A stretch of 64,000 nucleotides of DNA from Azolla caroliniana (GCA_043228905.1 JBHGNT010000015.1:10912001-10976000); one strand, 5' to 3'; shown: positions 49,614 to 64,000, numbered from the stretch's first letter. Notes: a model not told the origin generated them from the sequence alone. Program-made: numbers and translations.

Positions 49614-52600
49614 TATGCTTATTCTCTGTGTTAAGCTTCCATTAAACCTTCTTCTCTTTACTGTTACTATCCGGAAGAGCCGGTTCGGCATAAGCTTCTG
49701 CAAGCTAACTTCTACATGGTATCAGAGTGCGAGGGTTGAGAACCTCTGTAACCGACAATCGACTAGTGAAGACAAACCCTAACACCCGGTGAAGAACAGA
49801 AGAGAACTTAAGATGGACAGAGGAATGGCAAGGTCACTTCCAACGAAAAAGCTCGACTAGAGCAACTATGCATCTTGGTCATATAAAATGCATCAGTACC
49901 TGTTGGGGCATGGATATTGGAGCTATGTAGAAGGAACCAACAAGGTAGCACCAGAGGCGGCACACAAAGACTTCCCGGCATGGGAGCAATGACTGAGCGG
50001 ACTATTGTACTACCTCGTGTCCGGTGTGCATGAATAGATGCTCGGCTACATCAAGGATGCAAAAACGCCAAAGGAAACCTGGGAAAAACAACCCAAAAGT
50101 TGTAGCTCCGGCAAGAGCTAAACAACATTCGGCAAAGAGACATGTCGGTTACAAACTAAACCTCCAAGATAAAGGAGATTTATGACTCGCTCGAGTCCAT
50201 CAACGTGACAGTGGATGAAGATGAGATGGTACAAATCTGCCTTGGAGGTCTAGCGCAAAGGTACAGGCCTATCCGAACAACTATCCTCACCCAAGAGAAG
50301 CCACCATCCTTCTTCGACTTGCAATCGATGCTAATGGTCGAAGAAAACCACGTGAATGGGTCCAAGACCACTCAATCAGATAGCCGGATGTTGTACACAG
50401 AGGTGGATCGTCCCCGTGGGCGTGGTGGACACGTTGGGTCAGCACGCAATGGAGGCAGCCGGCAGGAGCAGAACTGAAGGCTCAGAGATAGTCATGCCAG
50501 TGCCGAAAACCGGCAAGGAAAGGCCGACTAAGAACACTAGTACTGTGGCAAGAAAGGCCACAGAGAAAGTGAGGGTTGGAAGAAGTGTGCCGATTCGGAT
50601 AAATCTGGATCCGACAAGACTAGACAAGGAAACCGGCAAAGATCGCACTACGTAGAAGGATCTGAAGGATCCAGAACTAGGAAAACCGGAAAAGGACCAG
50701 CCTTCGTAACGAAGCACAAGGTGAACTCAATGAAGAAGACCACTTCCGGATCGGACGAAGTATGGTATGTTGATTCCGGCGCATCAAACCACATGACGAG
50801 CCACGAAGAATGGTTCTCTTTTTTGGAGAAACCGGAACAATCGAGAATCGTCGAAACCGGAGAAACCTCTCACCCGATTGTGCATGTCGGAGAAGTGCCT
50901 TTAAGCCATGTCAGACAAAAAGGGAAGTTGATGAACGTACTACACGTTCTGACTATCACAACGAACTTGGTGGAAGTTCGACAAATCATCAACCAAGGGA
51001 TGCAAGTGCGGTTTACGCAACTTGGGTGCTTCATCGAGGAAGAAGGCCAGACAATTGTGCAAGGGCGCAGAGAAGGGAGGATGTTCATCCTCAACACTAA
51101 TGACGTTGGCACCGCCATGTTTGCCAAAGCACAAAAGATTGAATCAAACATCGATCTCTGGCACAAGCGGATCGGCCACGTCAATTACCGGAGACTTCAA
51201 GAACTGCAATCGAAACAGGTTGTGTTTGGTTTGCCGAAATTCACTGGCTAGAAGGCCCAAGTTTGTGAAGCCTGCCAACTCGGGAAGCAACATCGGCTTC
51301 CATTCCCCACCGAACGAAACCGGAGCCGTAACAAGCTCGACTTAATCCATTCGGATGTATGGGGCCCGACACAAAACATTAGTCTTGGCAGTAGTCGTTA
51401 TTTCGTCTCCTTCATCGACGACTACAGCCGGCACACGTGGATCTACCTCATCGAGAAGAAAAGCAAAGTCTTCGACTGTTTTCGAAAACTTCAAAGTTTA
51501 GTCGAAAGGGAAATGGAGAGGAAGATCAAGTGCCTGCGGTCGGATGGAGGAAAAGAATACTTTTCCGCCCAATTCAACAATTATCTACAACAGAACAAAA
51601 TTTGGAGAGAATTCAGCTGCAGATACACACCGGAGCAAAACGGTGTGGCCAAAAGGAAGAACCGGTCGATTGTCGACGTGGCAAGGGCAATGCTGGAGGA
51701 GAAGAGCATGCCCCAATTCTACTAGGCTGAGGCAATCCGGACGGCCATCTACATCCAAAACCGGATCAAAGACAAGGTGTTAGCACATGAGCTGTATTTC
51801 GGGCGGAAGCGAAATTTGAGGCACATTCAGATATTCGGTAGCATAGCATATGTGCATGTACCGGATGAGAAGCGGAAGAAACTAGATCTGAAGTCAAAGA
51901 AGTGCATCCTAGTTGGTTACTCGCATGAGCAACTACTAAACACAATCTCATACTTACAATTGTGAAATTTTAAGTTGTTATCTCATGTGTTTCACTTTGA
52001 GTATGTATACTATCTCATCGTGTTTTTAGTGTTGTGACGTTTTTGTAGTATCCCTAAGCGCCTTGATGTTTTACATTTAGGGACTTGGATATGAATAGAG
52101 TTTTTATGTTCTTCTCTCTCTCTCTCTCTCTCTCCTATGTATGCTTATTCTCTGTGTTAACCTTCCATTAAACCTTCTTCTCTTTACTGTTACTTCGGCA
52201 TAAGCTTCCGCACGCTAACTTTTATATCGTGTTATGTATATCTTTATAGATTATCTATTCATGTTCTAGGAGTTTTTAGAAAGTTCGAGAACTAGAAGGT
52301 TCTTGAGGGTTCTAGAATATTCTCCAAAATATTCTCAAGAATATTCTAAACCACGTACTTCAACTCACAGTTTAAATACTTGTAACCTCCTTGGTCCCTT
52401 TCAAGGGATTCAACACCAGTCATTGACACATCAATCTAGAATTCTCATTTCGCCCCATCCTCTCTCCTTGTTTTATATCTCTGTCTTCATGCTCTTATAT
52501 TGTTCCTAGCATCTAAAGTTCCTCATCTCGTCGCTCCCAACTTCCCAAGTTTCTATCCCCATCATGTCGAGTTCCACGTTCATAACCTTATCGGTCATAG

Positions 52601-54245
52601 CCTCGTCATCTATGCTTTGTCGTAGTCTAGGGTTGGTGTGTCCGTGACAAGATCGGCTTTCCTATGAAATTCGATAGAATGCAATCACAGTTTAGGGGAT
52701 TCCTTAATCAGGTACGATTAGTCATTCAAATGCATCCTTCCCGATATCCCACCGATGCATCACGAGGGGGTCTAGTAGGCACGTTGTTATGTGGCTCAAC
52801 TTTGCATTGGTTTGCTCCATTGTTAGAATAGGAATCTCCATTACTAAAGAATTTTGAAGAGTTTATAAGTGAGTTTAAACCCTATTTTGGAGATACTGAT
52901 AGCATAAGGACAGAAATCAACAAAATCCGACAATTACGTCAAGGTGACCATCCAACCTCCGCATACGTTGCAAATTTCCATCTACTTGCCTCTGATATCC
53001 CCTGGGATGACCAAGCATTAATGGAGCAATTTTGTTATGGCCTACGTAACGATGTCAAGGATTTACTCTTGACCTTCCCTGAAGAGCCAAAGTCATTGAC
53101 AGAAGCAATCAGTCGCGTAGTATGATGCGATAACCGCCTCTTCGAACGACATTTGGAACGTCAATCTCAAATTCGGAGGGCAAGATCGTAGCCCACCTAT
53201 GCTTCAGTTATAGCAAAGCCTTTCCCAAGGGAGTCATTTAATACATCCCCAACAAATACTCCGACTCCAATGGAAATCGACACCACGTCGTCACGGACCA
53301 CTATCGGAAGAAGAAAAACAATGACGCCAGACAAATCGATTGTCTTTATTGTGGTGGACCAGGGCAAATTGCAGTGAATTGTCCCCATCGGCCAAGAAGG
53401 CAGGTAAATCAAATAACCGCTAGTACTAATAGTACAAAACCCAAGTCTATTTCCCTTGATGTTTCTAATAGTCGTAATAGCCGAAGCCTTTCAAAGAAAT
53501 TTGAAATCCTTAGTAAACTAGAAGAAGAGTTAGACGATTAAGTCCAGCCAAAATAGGAAATGTTTGGTTAGACAACCCTAGATCTGTGCCACCCATTAGT
53601 CGTTCCATTTCCTCTAAGCAAGTTAGCAATGTGTTCTTAACTCAAGTAATGGTTAGTACTAAAAGTACTACTCTAGTACATGTCTTAGCACTCATCAGAT
53701 ACTCCTAAGAAAACTTTCTTGGCCAACATTTATAGTAGTTATTGATGGTCGTACCATTACTTCCAGAAAAATCATAGGGGAGTCAAAGCCGATTCAAGTT
53801 GTCCTGGATAACTTGGTGTGTGTAGTATCATTTAATATAATTGGTAGTCCAGATCATCCAATTGTCTTGGGGTTACCGTGGTACAAATTACATAACCTAA
53901 AAAGAAATTGGAGAACAAGAAAATCCGGTATCAACAAATGCGAGGATCTACTCATAAGATTGCAACCATTTCGCTACATCAACTGCGTGAGGAAGGACGC
54001 AAGGAAGCAATGTTTGACTTCGCGGTATTAGTAAAACCTTCCAACGCTACTAAAGAGGAATCCACAATTCAACTTCTAGAGAAGTATCATCAGTATGCCG
54101 ATGTGTTTGATAAAATACAAGCCAATGCACTTCCTCACCACAGACCGTATGATTGCCCTATCAATTTACAATCGAGAAAGAGCCACCATGAGGACCGATC
54201 TACAATTTCTCACCAACCGAGCTAGAACTCCTTCGAGCCTATATA
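49130..54245 (+). mobile_element. Element K: degraded Tcn1-like chromoviral Gypsy (LTR 49130-49232 plus 52227-52649; gag, PR, RT start)
   Basis: TGTCATAGAC (CpG-decayed TGTCACGGAC)...GTCCGTGACA termini; LRQGD...WDDQALMEQF; CLYCGGPG; VLGLPW; YADVFDK...LPHHRPYDC. Confidence 0.78.
49233..52226 (+). mobile_element. Element J: internally deleted Copia related to E (5' LTR 49233-49716, PBS 49717-49727, gag-PR-IN, partial 3' LTR about 52093-52226)
   Basis: TSD TCGTG at 49228-49232 and 52227-52231; WYVDSGASNH; RSDGGKEY; RT and RH missing. Confidence 0.88.
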
Positions 54246-57200
54246 TGTTGAGAATCGATTCATAAAACCACAAGATTAAACGATGCTAAAAATACACTAC
54301 ACAGGCACACGACGACACAATACACAGAGATTTACGTGGAAACCCTAAAAAACGGGAGAAAACCATGGAGAGTAGAAACTTCACTATACAGTGGATGTAC
54401 AAGGTAGAGATTACAACACTCTGATAATGAGTGTATCACCCACACAGGGTTCTTGGCATTTGCTATTACGCACAAATGAAGTTTTTCAAGAACAGGGGGA
54501 CACAACGAATGTCGACACACCTGCACCACTCGGCCTTTCCCTTGATGAGGTAGAAAACCAAAGAAGAACTAGGCATCCTTGGGTGCCGGGTTTCAAAGCA
54601 ACACGACATGATGTCGAAGCAATAATGAAAATAAGGGAACGTGAGCTACACCACCTAGAAGCCATGGCTAGGGCACTCTCTACATTGGAACCATGGGTCA
54701 CACCCATATAAAAACCCTTTGACCCCCCCACTTCTTTTCGAGAGGCTTGGGTGGAAATAAAATTAGGCTCAATGTAAAGTCACTTCCTTTATCAAGTATA
54801 CCACGTATTGTACACTACTAGAACTCTTTTAGCTTAAGTTCTATGTTTACTTTATTTTATTTTAGTTCTGATGACTGGATAAATACTCATTTTGTTGTAA
54901 ACCAATTTCCTCATGGGCCAATTTTGGCCTTCGAAGACATTAATATATCTTTCTTTCTTTCTTTCTCTCTTCTCGCGTTTCTGTTACGCACACTTCTATG
55001 TTTGCCCTAGATGTATATATATACTAATACATCGTATGGACTATTTACAATTGTAGCCATTGCTACATATCATTACTATTATTATTACTATAATAATAAT
55101 AATAATCTGTTTAAAGAATCGACTCTCTGTTGTCGACTCTTCCGAACAATCGGCTATTTCCGAACAGTCGGTTCCTCCCACTGGAGGGACATATCCCCAA
55201 CAAACTCCCCCTTCACTCTTGTGGGAGGGAGTTAATCAATCTTGTCTTCTGTTGACAGACTCTAAGTCTGTCCATAGGTAGGTTCTTCGTGAGCATGTCG
55301 GATCCATTGTTATCTGTGTGGATCTTCACAACTGTAAACTCTCCTTCTTCGACTTTCTCCCGCAACAAGTGATACCTTCTTTGTATGTGCTTATTCCGGG
55401 AGTGATATGCAACATTCTTGGCAAGATGTATGGCACTCTGGATGTCACAGTGAGGAAAGAACTCCCTTTTTTTCATCCCTAGCTCGCTGAGAAAATTTCT
55501 CATCCAAATCAGCTCTTTGCCAACCTCTACCACTGCCATATACTCTACCTCTGTAGTCGACAAGGCTACAGACTTCTGCAGTCGTGATTGCCACGACACT
55601 GCTCCCCCTCCATAGGTCATCATGTACCCCGATGTGGATCGACTTGAGTCTACATCTCCCAACATGTCCAAGTTGGTAAAACCTTCCAGCACAGGTTTTC
55701 CGACACCATATCCTAGGCACGCCCTTAAGGTGCCTTTTAAGTACCTGAGTACCCACTTCACCGTTGTCCAGTGTTCTCTTCCTGGATTACTCATATATCG
55801 GCTTACTACTCCCACAACAAATGCTATGCCTGGTCTCGTATCGACCATAGCATACATTAGACTACCGACGGCCGAGGCATATGGTACCTTCCTCATCTCG
55901 ACCTTCTCCTTCTCCCCTTTCGGGCACTGCTTCGCATTCAACCTGAATTTGTCGGCAACACCAAGCCAACTGGCTTTGCGTCCGACATGTTGAACCTTTC
56001 TAGGATCTTCGTCACATACTTTTGTTGTGACAACCATAACACCTTTTGAGTTCTGTCTCGAACTATGTGCATTCCTAAGATCTGTTTTGTGTTAGGAAAC
56101 AGGTCCCTCCAGATGGGAAGTGAGAAGAACAATACTGATGAGTAAAATCAGACGAGGCCGATAGGCCGAGGCCGAAACCGAATGAGGACTACCCGGCTAC
56201 GGAAGACCCGGTGAGAACCGGATGAGGTGTACCCAGCTACAGAAGACCCGGTGAGAACCGGACGAGGACTACCCGCCTACGGAAGACCCAGTGAGAACCG
56301 GATGAGGAGTACCCGGCTACGGAAGATCCGGTGAGAACCGGATGACAAGTACCCGACAACGGAAGACCCGGTGAGAACCGAATGACGAGTACCCGGTAGG
56401 AGCCGGATGGTGAAGACCTGGTGAGAACCGGATGACATGTGCCCGGCAAGTGCCGGATGATGCAGGCCCGGTGAGGAGTGCTCACTGGATGAAGGGACAT
56501 ATTCGTAAATATGTTTCTGAGAGTCCATTGGGGCTATATTTGTAAATAGCCGGAAAGTCATATTAGTATAAATATGACTTAGGGCAAACTCTTTTGTTGT
56601 GGTTGTTGTCATTCTTGTTGTTGCAAGATTATAGTGCAGCCGTGTACAAAGAGAGAGAGAGAAAGAGAGAGAGAAAGAGACGAAGAGCTCGTATCTCTGT
56701 TGTAACTGCCACTTGTGGCGAAGATCGTGAGCACGAGGGCGTTGCCTCCGTGATCTCACTGTTGTAATCATTGTGATATAGTGATAGTTTGCAGTCTGTG
56801 GGCTGCTGTGGTTTTTTTTCCCCTAGTTTGGGTTTTCCACGTTAACATCCTATATTCTCTTTTCTTTCTTGTGTACTCTTCTCTCCTTTGTGTCATGCAT
56901 CCATTCCCCGTTTTTCTGTGTATGTTTCTAAGCTCGGTTGTGGCCGAGCGTTGCGCATAGGGAGCGTGTAGTTCCTATCATTTAGTTGGTCCAAGGTATT
57001 TCATGGCAAACGACTTGCCTAGAGGTTTCTTCAAGCTTCCAATCTTCCTTGTGTCTTGACCGACTATTAGCATGTCATCAACATATAACAAGAAAACCAA
57101 GAAGTCTCCTTCTTTATACCTTTTGATGAACACACAGTGATCAGCTTGCGTTTTCTAGAACCGGTGTTCCATCATGAAGGACTCGAACTTCTTGTACCAT

Positions 57201-60200
57201 TGGCGTGGAGCTTGTTTCTGACCGTACAAGATTTTCTTCAGTCGACACACCAAGTTCTCTTTCCCTTTCTCCTCAAAGCCTTCGGGTTGCTACATGTAGA
57301 TTTCTTCTTTAGCTCCCCGTGTAAGAATGCGGTTTTGACATCCAACTATTCGATCTCCAGGTCCATATTGGCCACTATACTTAGAACCGTTTGAATGGAT
57401 GTCATCTTCACGATTGGTGTGAATATTTCGTTGAAGTTGACGCCCTTTTTTTGTTGAAAACCCTTCACCATTATGCAGGCTTTATACCTGGGCTCACTAT
57501 CGGCTTCTCCAGTCTTCACCTTGTAGACACATTTATTCTCGAGTGCTCTCTCCATTTATTCTTGAGTGCACGTCAATCGACATCTCTAGGTTGGATGACT
57601 CCAACTCATACTCTTCAATTGACCTTAGTAGCTCTGCCGACTCTGACTCATAGTCGATGGGTCTCTCCGAGTCAACCGACTCGGATTCGGCTGTGCCGAC
57701 TGGCCATCTCCGAACAGCCAACGTTGTCGGTTCACTTAACCTTAGATCAACAATAGTCGGGGTTGACTGGGGAGTCGTATCTAACTTCTGTTGCATCCAG
57801 TCTTCAATCTTCTTATCTTCAAGAAAGACTACGTCCCGACTTCTCACTACCTTCTTGTCGACTATAGCCTATAGCCGAACTCATCTTTCGAGTATCCCAT
57901 GAATATGCATGCTTTCGACTTACTAGATCAAGCTTTGACCTCTGATCCTTCGGTACATGCATATACCCTAAACATCCGAACACCCTCAAGTGTTGGTAGG
58001 AGACATCCTTCCCTGTCCACACTCTCTATGTGACATCACCCTTTAATGGTACTGAGGGAGACCTGTTGATCAGATAAACAGCTGTGTACATCGCCTCAAC
58101 CCAATAGGATTTCGGCATTTTCTTATTAGAGGACATGCTCCTTACTCTCTCCATGATTTTTCGATTCATCCTCTCTGCAAGCTCGTTCAACTCTGGGGTC
58201 TTTGGCACCGTGTATTCGATCCGAATACCTTGGCACTTGCAATATTCCTCGAATTGCCCTCTATACTCGCCACTATTGTTGGTTCGAACAACCTTCAACT
58301 TCAGACCCAACTCTCATTGAATTCTAGCCTGGAACTCCTTGAAAACCGATAGTACTTGATCCTTCGACTTTAGTACGAAGGCCCATGTCTTTCGATTATA
58401 ATTGTCGATGAACGTCACAAAGTATTGTCCACCTCAATGCAATGGAGCATCTACATAACACACATCAGTGTGTACCAGTTCTAGTGTAGCTTCTCTTCTT
58501 CTTAGTGGTCTTGTGTGGAATGTTGATCTGTCTGCTTTCCGACTAAGTAGTCTACGCACTTCTCTAGGTGCACTCCCTTGACTTCTGGTAGAAGCTTTTG
58601 GTCGGCTAGCAGGTGCATTTCTTTCTCACTCATGTGGCCCAACCTCTTATGCCATATCTCTCCTGCCGAGTCGACTGCCACATTTACTTTGATTTGCACA
58701 GTCGGGCATGCATCATATATAATGTGCCTTCTTTCTGTGCTCGGGCCACTATAAGATTTCCTCGGTAGAACTTCCACTTGCAATTCCGAAAACTAACACT
58801 ATAGCCTTCGTCATCTAACCAGGCTTCCAGTCGATATCAGATTCAATCTGATATCGGGGACATGTCGAACATCCTTTAGAGTCAATCGACACCCTGTCGA
58901 TGTCTTCAAGCAGACACTTCCGACTCCGGCTGTGTTGCACTCTCCACTATCACCCATTTTCACATAATCATGATCTTTGGCTATGTAAGTAGAGAAATAC
59001 TCTCTCGATGGAGTTATGTGAAACGATGCCCCGGAATCGATCACCCAAGTAATTCTTCACTTGCAAGATTTGCACTTGTCTGTTCACAAATGAATAGTTA
59101 TTCATTGCTCGTAGCAATGGCAAAAGTGATCTTCTCATCAAGAATCTTCCTAGGTTCGACATTGTTTCCGACACCATTGTCTTTTCTCATGTGTCAGCAG
59201 CCCTTCTAGAAGTGTCTAGGTCTACCACAGTAAAAGCACACTAGCTTACCTCTAGACTTCGATCTGGGTTGGGACTTTTCTCTCCTTGGTGGACTTCTTT
59301 GCCGATTCCTTCCTTTGTCCGAATGTTGTGTTACATTCCACTCTGACTGGGACAAGACTCCCTTGTCCTTCCTCCTTGCGTCCTCATTTAGGATGTTTGT
59401 CTTTATGGTTTGTAAAGACAAGTTCTCTTCTTGAGAAGAGGTGTTGAGAGTAACCACCAGGTTCTCCCACCTATCCGGTAGTGTGCACATCAGCAAAATG
59501 GCCTGCATCGCATCATCCAGGGGAAACTTGGTTGCAGCAAGTTGATTCACATACCCCATGAATGTGCAGATTTGTTCGATGATGCTCTCACCGTCCCTGT
59601 ATTTCAGCCATACGATCTTTCTCATCAGTGAGGTTTATATTGAGAGCGTTCTGCCTCTCATATAGACCCGACAGCTTCTGCCACATCTCGTGTGCTTTTG
59701 TGCCGTTCGCCACATGTTGCAAGAGACTTACGTCGACGCATTGTCAGATGGTGGCCATTGCCTTTCTCTTACGAAGTTTCCAATCCGACTCCAATACCCC
59801 CCTGGGTATATCTGCTCTGCCGACTGGCTCGTACAAGTATTTGACTATGAGAAGGTCCTCCATCTTTATCTTCCAGTCTGCATAGTTCTGTGAGTTTAGA
59901 ACTATCCTGCCTGGGAAGCTACTAACACCTGCTTCCATGCTTGCACCTCGAGCTCTGATACCAGATTGTTGAGAATCGATCTGTAAAACCACAAGATCAA
60001 ACGATGCTGAAAATACACTACACAGACACACGAGGACACAATACATAGAGATTTACGTGGAAACCCTAAAAAACGGGAGAAAACCACGGGAAAGCAGAAA
60101 CTTCACTATACAGTGGATGTACAATGTAGAGATTACAACACTATGATTATGAGTGTATCACCCACACAGGGTTCTTGGCGTCTGCTGTTACGCACAGATC

Positions 60201-60455
60201 TATGGTGCCGCTCTCTCTCTCTCTCTCTCTCTCTCTTCTCGCGTTTCTCTTACGCACACTTCTATTGTCATCACACTTCTATGTTTGTCCTAGATGTATA
60301 TATATACTGATACATCGTATGTACTATTTACAAATATAGCCACTACTACATATCATTACTATTATTATTACTATAATAATAATAATAATTTGTTTAAAGA
60401 ATCGACTCTCGGTTGTCGACTCTTCCAAACAGTCGGTTCTTTCGACTCTTTGACT
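54246..60455 (-). mobile_element. Element L: degenerate near-full-length Tork-like Copia (3' LTR 54246-55202; 5' LTR from 59967, interrupted at 60455; PBS 59952-59963; pseudo-ORF 55213-59938)
   Basis: LTR pair, PBS, PPT at about 55205-55213; protein fragments colinear with C1. Confidence 0.92.
56090..56980 (+). mobile_element. Solo LTR of a C1-related Copia family with 40-bp tandem array (about 5 copies, 56201-56400)
   Basis: TGTTAGG...CTATCA; splits RT of L; TSD TTTTG/TTTAG (1 mismatch). Confidence 0.9.
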
Positions 60456-63400
60456 TGACAGGAACTACGCGCTCTCGATGAACAACGCTCAGCCACAACC
60501 AAGCTTAGAATCAAACACAGAAAACGGGTAATGAATGCAGGACACAGTGAAGAGAAGAGAAAACAAGATGTTATCGTGGAAAACCCAAACTAGGGAAAAA
60601 ACCACGGCAGCCCACAGACTGCAAACTATCACTATGTCAGAATGTACAATGGTAAAGCACCAAGGCAACGACCTTGAGCTTGTTATCTTCGCCACAGGTG
60701 GCGGTTACAATAGGGGCAACGACCTCTTTCTCTCTCTCTCTCTCTCTGTACACAGTTACGTGTTCTAATCTTGCACCAACAAGAATGACAACTACACGTA
60801 TACTAAGTTTGCCCTAAGTCATATTTATACTAATATGACTTTTCAGCTATTTACAAATATAGCCCCAATGGACTCTCAGAAACATATTTACGAATATGTC
60901 CCTTCATCCGGTGAGCACTCCTCACCGGGCCGGCATCATCCGGCGCTTGCCGGGTACTCCACATCTGGTTCTCACCGAGTCTTCACCATCCGGCTCTTGC
61001 CAGGTACTCGTCATCCGGTTCTCACTGGGTCTTCTGTTGCCGGGTACTCTTCATCCGGTTCTCACCAGGTCTTCCGTTGTCAGGTACTCTTCATCCGGTT
61101 TCACTTCCCATCCGGAGGGACCTATTTCCTAACAAACTCCCCCTTCACTCCGGCATGGGATGTCTTACTAGTTCGATCCGCTTTCGGCATGCTTCTAGCT
61201 TGTCGGGTATCAGTACTTTGGTCAGCATATCTGACCCGTTCTCGGCCGTGTGGATCTTCGTCATCGCGAACTCCTGGTCATCTACTCTTTCCCGGAACCA
61301 ATGATATCTTCGTTGGATATGCTTCGTCCGGGAATGGTAGGCCGCATTCTTAGCAAGGTGGATGACACTTTGACTGTCGCAATAGAGCCGGTATTCATCT
61401 TGCCGGATACCAAGCTCTCCGATGAAGTCCTTCATCCATAATATTTCCTTGCCGGCTTCCACAGCCGCCATGTACTCCGCCTCCGTGGTTGACAACGCAA
61501 CCGTCTTCTACGGCCTCGACTGCTATGAAACAGCTCCTCCTGCGTATGTCATTACATACCTGGATGTAGACCGGCTGGTATCCACATCAGCCAACATGTC
61601 TGAATCGGTAAACCCGTCAAGTTGAGGTTTTCCGGAGACGAATCAAAGACACATGTTCGAAGTGCCCTTGAAGTACCGGAGTAACCATTTGACTGCATTC
61701 TAGTGCTCCTTGCCGGGATTGCTCATAAACCGGCTCACCACTCCGACTGCATATCCTATATCCGGTCGGGTACACACCATTGCGTACATTAAGCTCCCGA
61801 CGGCAGAGGCATATGGGACCTTCATCATATCAGCCTTCTCTGCTTTCGTCTTCGGGCTTTGCTTACCGGATAATCTGTAGTTCGCCGGGAGTGTCGATCC
61901 GACCGGTTTCGCTTCTAACATGTTGAACCATTGAAGCATCTTTGTCACGTATTTCTCCTGTGACAGCCACAACTGCTTCGTTGGCCAGTTCCAAATGATA
62001 AGCATTCCCAACATCTGTCTTGCCGGACCCAAGTCTTTCATTGAGAAGGTCTGGTTGAGAGCCTTCTTCAACATCCATATTTTGGCTTGGTCCCGTCCGA
62101 CGAACAACATGTTGTCCACGTACAGAATGAGTATCAGGAAGTCGCCTCCTTCGAACTTCTTCACAAACACGTAGTGATTGGCCTGCATCGTGTCGTGCCT
62201 TTTGGCTCCGGATCGTTGCGTGAGTCGGGTGGGAACCGCAGAGGTTTTGGACTAGGAGAAAGAAGAATATGAGATGAGGCTAGTAATGAATAGATTATTA
62301 GAAAGAGAGATAGAAATTTCGTGAATCCCACGAGTGTATTGTATTCGATTAATCAATATTTAGATAAGAATATGTATTTAGATTGAAAGAAAGATATAAG
62401 AAACTTGTGAATCCCACAAGTATAGATTATATTATTTTCGTGAATCCCACGATTATATTAATCGGTTGGTGTTTTCGGAAATATATCCAATTTCCAAATA
62501 TTTCACACACCTATTACATTGTGCTCCCCATCCTTATGTAGTGATGGGAGAGACTAAGCATAGCTACATGCTTTTTTTTCTAATATGTTCATGCACACTA
62601 AATATGCATGTGATGCTTTTCTAATCCTTGCTTTTATTTGCTAAATATAGTGCTCATGCACGCTAGATGTGCACGAGTCACTTTTTAGTTGCTTGCGTTT
62701 TTTCTATAAAATATTCACACACTCTAAAAATGCACGATTTACCTTTTAATAAAGGTAGGCGCAAATAAAGCACTTATAGTTATTAAATCTATTTATAGAA
62801 CACTAAAGATAAGGTAGTATAATAGTAAAGTTGAGGTTTGGCTACGTGGAGGTACAGAGTTCAAATCCTGCCCTATGCACGTGATAAATATCTTGATATA
62901 TTATTTTATTTATTTATATGTAATTAAATCGGTTATATTATTTTTACTTTTTCACGTAGTGTACGAAATACACTACGACAGCGTCTTGTGGTACCCTTGA
63001 TCGGTCATGAAGGAGTCGAACTTCCGATACCATTTTCGGGGAGCCTGCTTCAGTCCGTACAGGCTCTTCTTCAACCGGCAAACCAGGTGCTCCTTCCCTT
63101 TCCCCATGAATCATTCCAGTTGTTGCATGTAGATCTCCTCTTCGAGGTCACCATGAAGGAATGTCGTCTTCACGTCTAGCTGCTCTACCTCGGTCCATGT
63201 TTGCCGCTATACTCAACACCGTCCGGATGGAGGTCATCTTTACCACCAGGGCAAATATCTCGTTGAAGTCCACGCCCTTCTTTTGCTGGAACCCCTTCAC
63301 CACGATCTTGGCTTTGTATCTCGGGGGGTTTCCGGCATCTCCCGGTTTCAACTTGTACACCCACTTGTTTCGGAGTGCCCGCTTTCCTTTCAGCAACTCC

Positions 63401-64000
63401 ACCAATCCGTACGTATGGTTCTTGTGCAGGGAATCCATCTCATCCTGCATGGCACTTAACCATTTGCGGCTGTGGGTGTCATCCATTGCTTCCTTGAAGC
63501 TTTCTGGCTCCCCCTCATCGGTTAGCAGCACATGCTCTGCATCTGGAAATCTCTCGGGGGGCCTTCTCTCTCTGAGAGGATTTCTCCGTCTTTGGGATTC
63601 GGTAACTGGCTCCTCCATTTGCTCTTTGTCCGAATCCGATTCGGGGTCTTGGCCGGTTCCGGTTTCAGCTTCCTCTACTTCCTCTTATGCCGGTTCGGTA
63701 TTCTCACGGTAATCGGTTGGTTCCTGGAGTGCTAACCGGTCTCTTGCCGGTTGGGTTTGCTCATCGTAGAATCATTCCTTACCGGTTGACTCGGAGTTCA
63801 TTATCTTCTTCTCCGACTCCCAGTCGGCGAGCGTCTTGTCCTCCATGAAGATAATATCTCGAATCTGAAATTCCTTCTTGTTGACCAGGTCCCACACTCG
63901 GTAGCCGAACTCATCGTCACCATAACCGAGGAATATGCATGGCGGGGTATTCGGATCTAGTATTCCTCTCCGGTCCATAGCTACATGCACGTACGCAAGA
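60456..64000 (-). mobile_element. Element M: C1-related Copia 3' part (3' LTR 60456-61134, PPT, RH, RT, integrase C-terminus), runs off window
   Basis: Colinear with C1 6080-8140; stops and frameshifts; inserted in the 5' LTR of L. Confidence 0.93.
62191..62980. mobile_element. AT-rich probable solo LTR with TGTCGT...ACGACA termini like element I
   Basis: Splits RT of M; approximate TSD GCATC/GCGTC with one extra G on the left. Confidence 0.75.

Overview
Eukaryotic plant heterochromatin-like window; the retroelement types suggest a non-seed plant, which is an inference. Most of it is nested LTR retrotransposons (Copia and Gypsy) around one intact host gene, a 9-exon NAD(H) glutamate dehydrogenase (minus strand, 35505-38905, 411 aa). 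Only one element is fully intact: a young Tnt1/Tork-like Copia at 3230-8938. The most unusual signal is in two different non-autonomous Gypsy elements (A, 1-10542 and D, 27463-32040). Neither has a polypurine tract before its 3' LTR. Both instead carry a sense-orientation copy of a tRNA-Arg 3' end (..CCCAYGGGCGTGCCA, i.e. a second, inverted PBS), just after a shared extra coiled-coil ORF ending in DILEED*. Element D also preserves an apparent aberrant reverse-transcription product at its PBS: 48 nt of tRNA-Arg(UCU) cDNA with G at position 58, then an inverted LTR piece and further LTR patches. All coordinates were read by eye, no searches were run, and family names are inferences from motifs.
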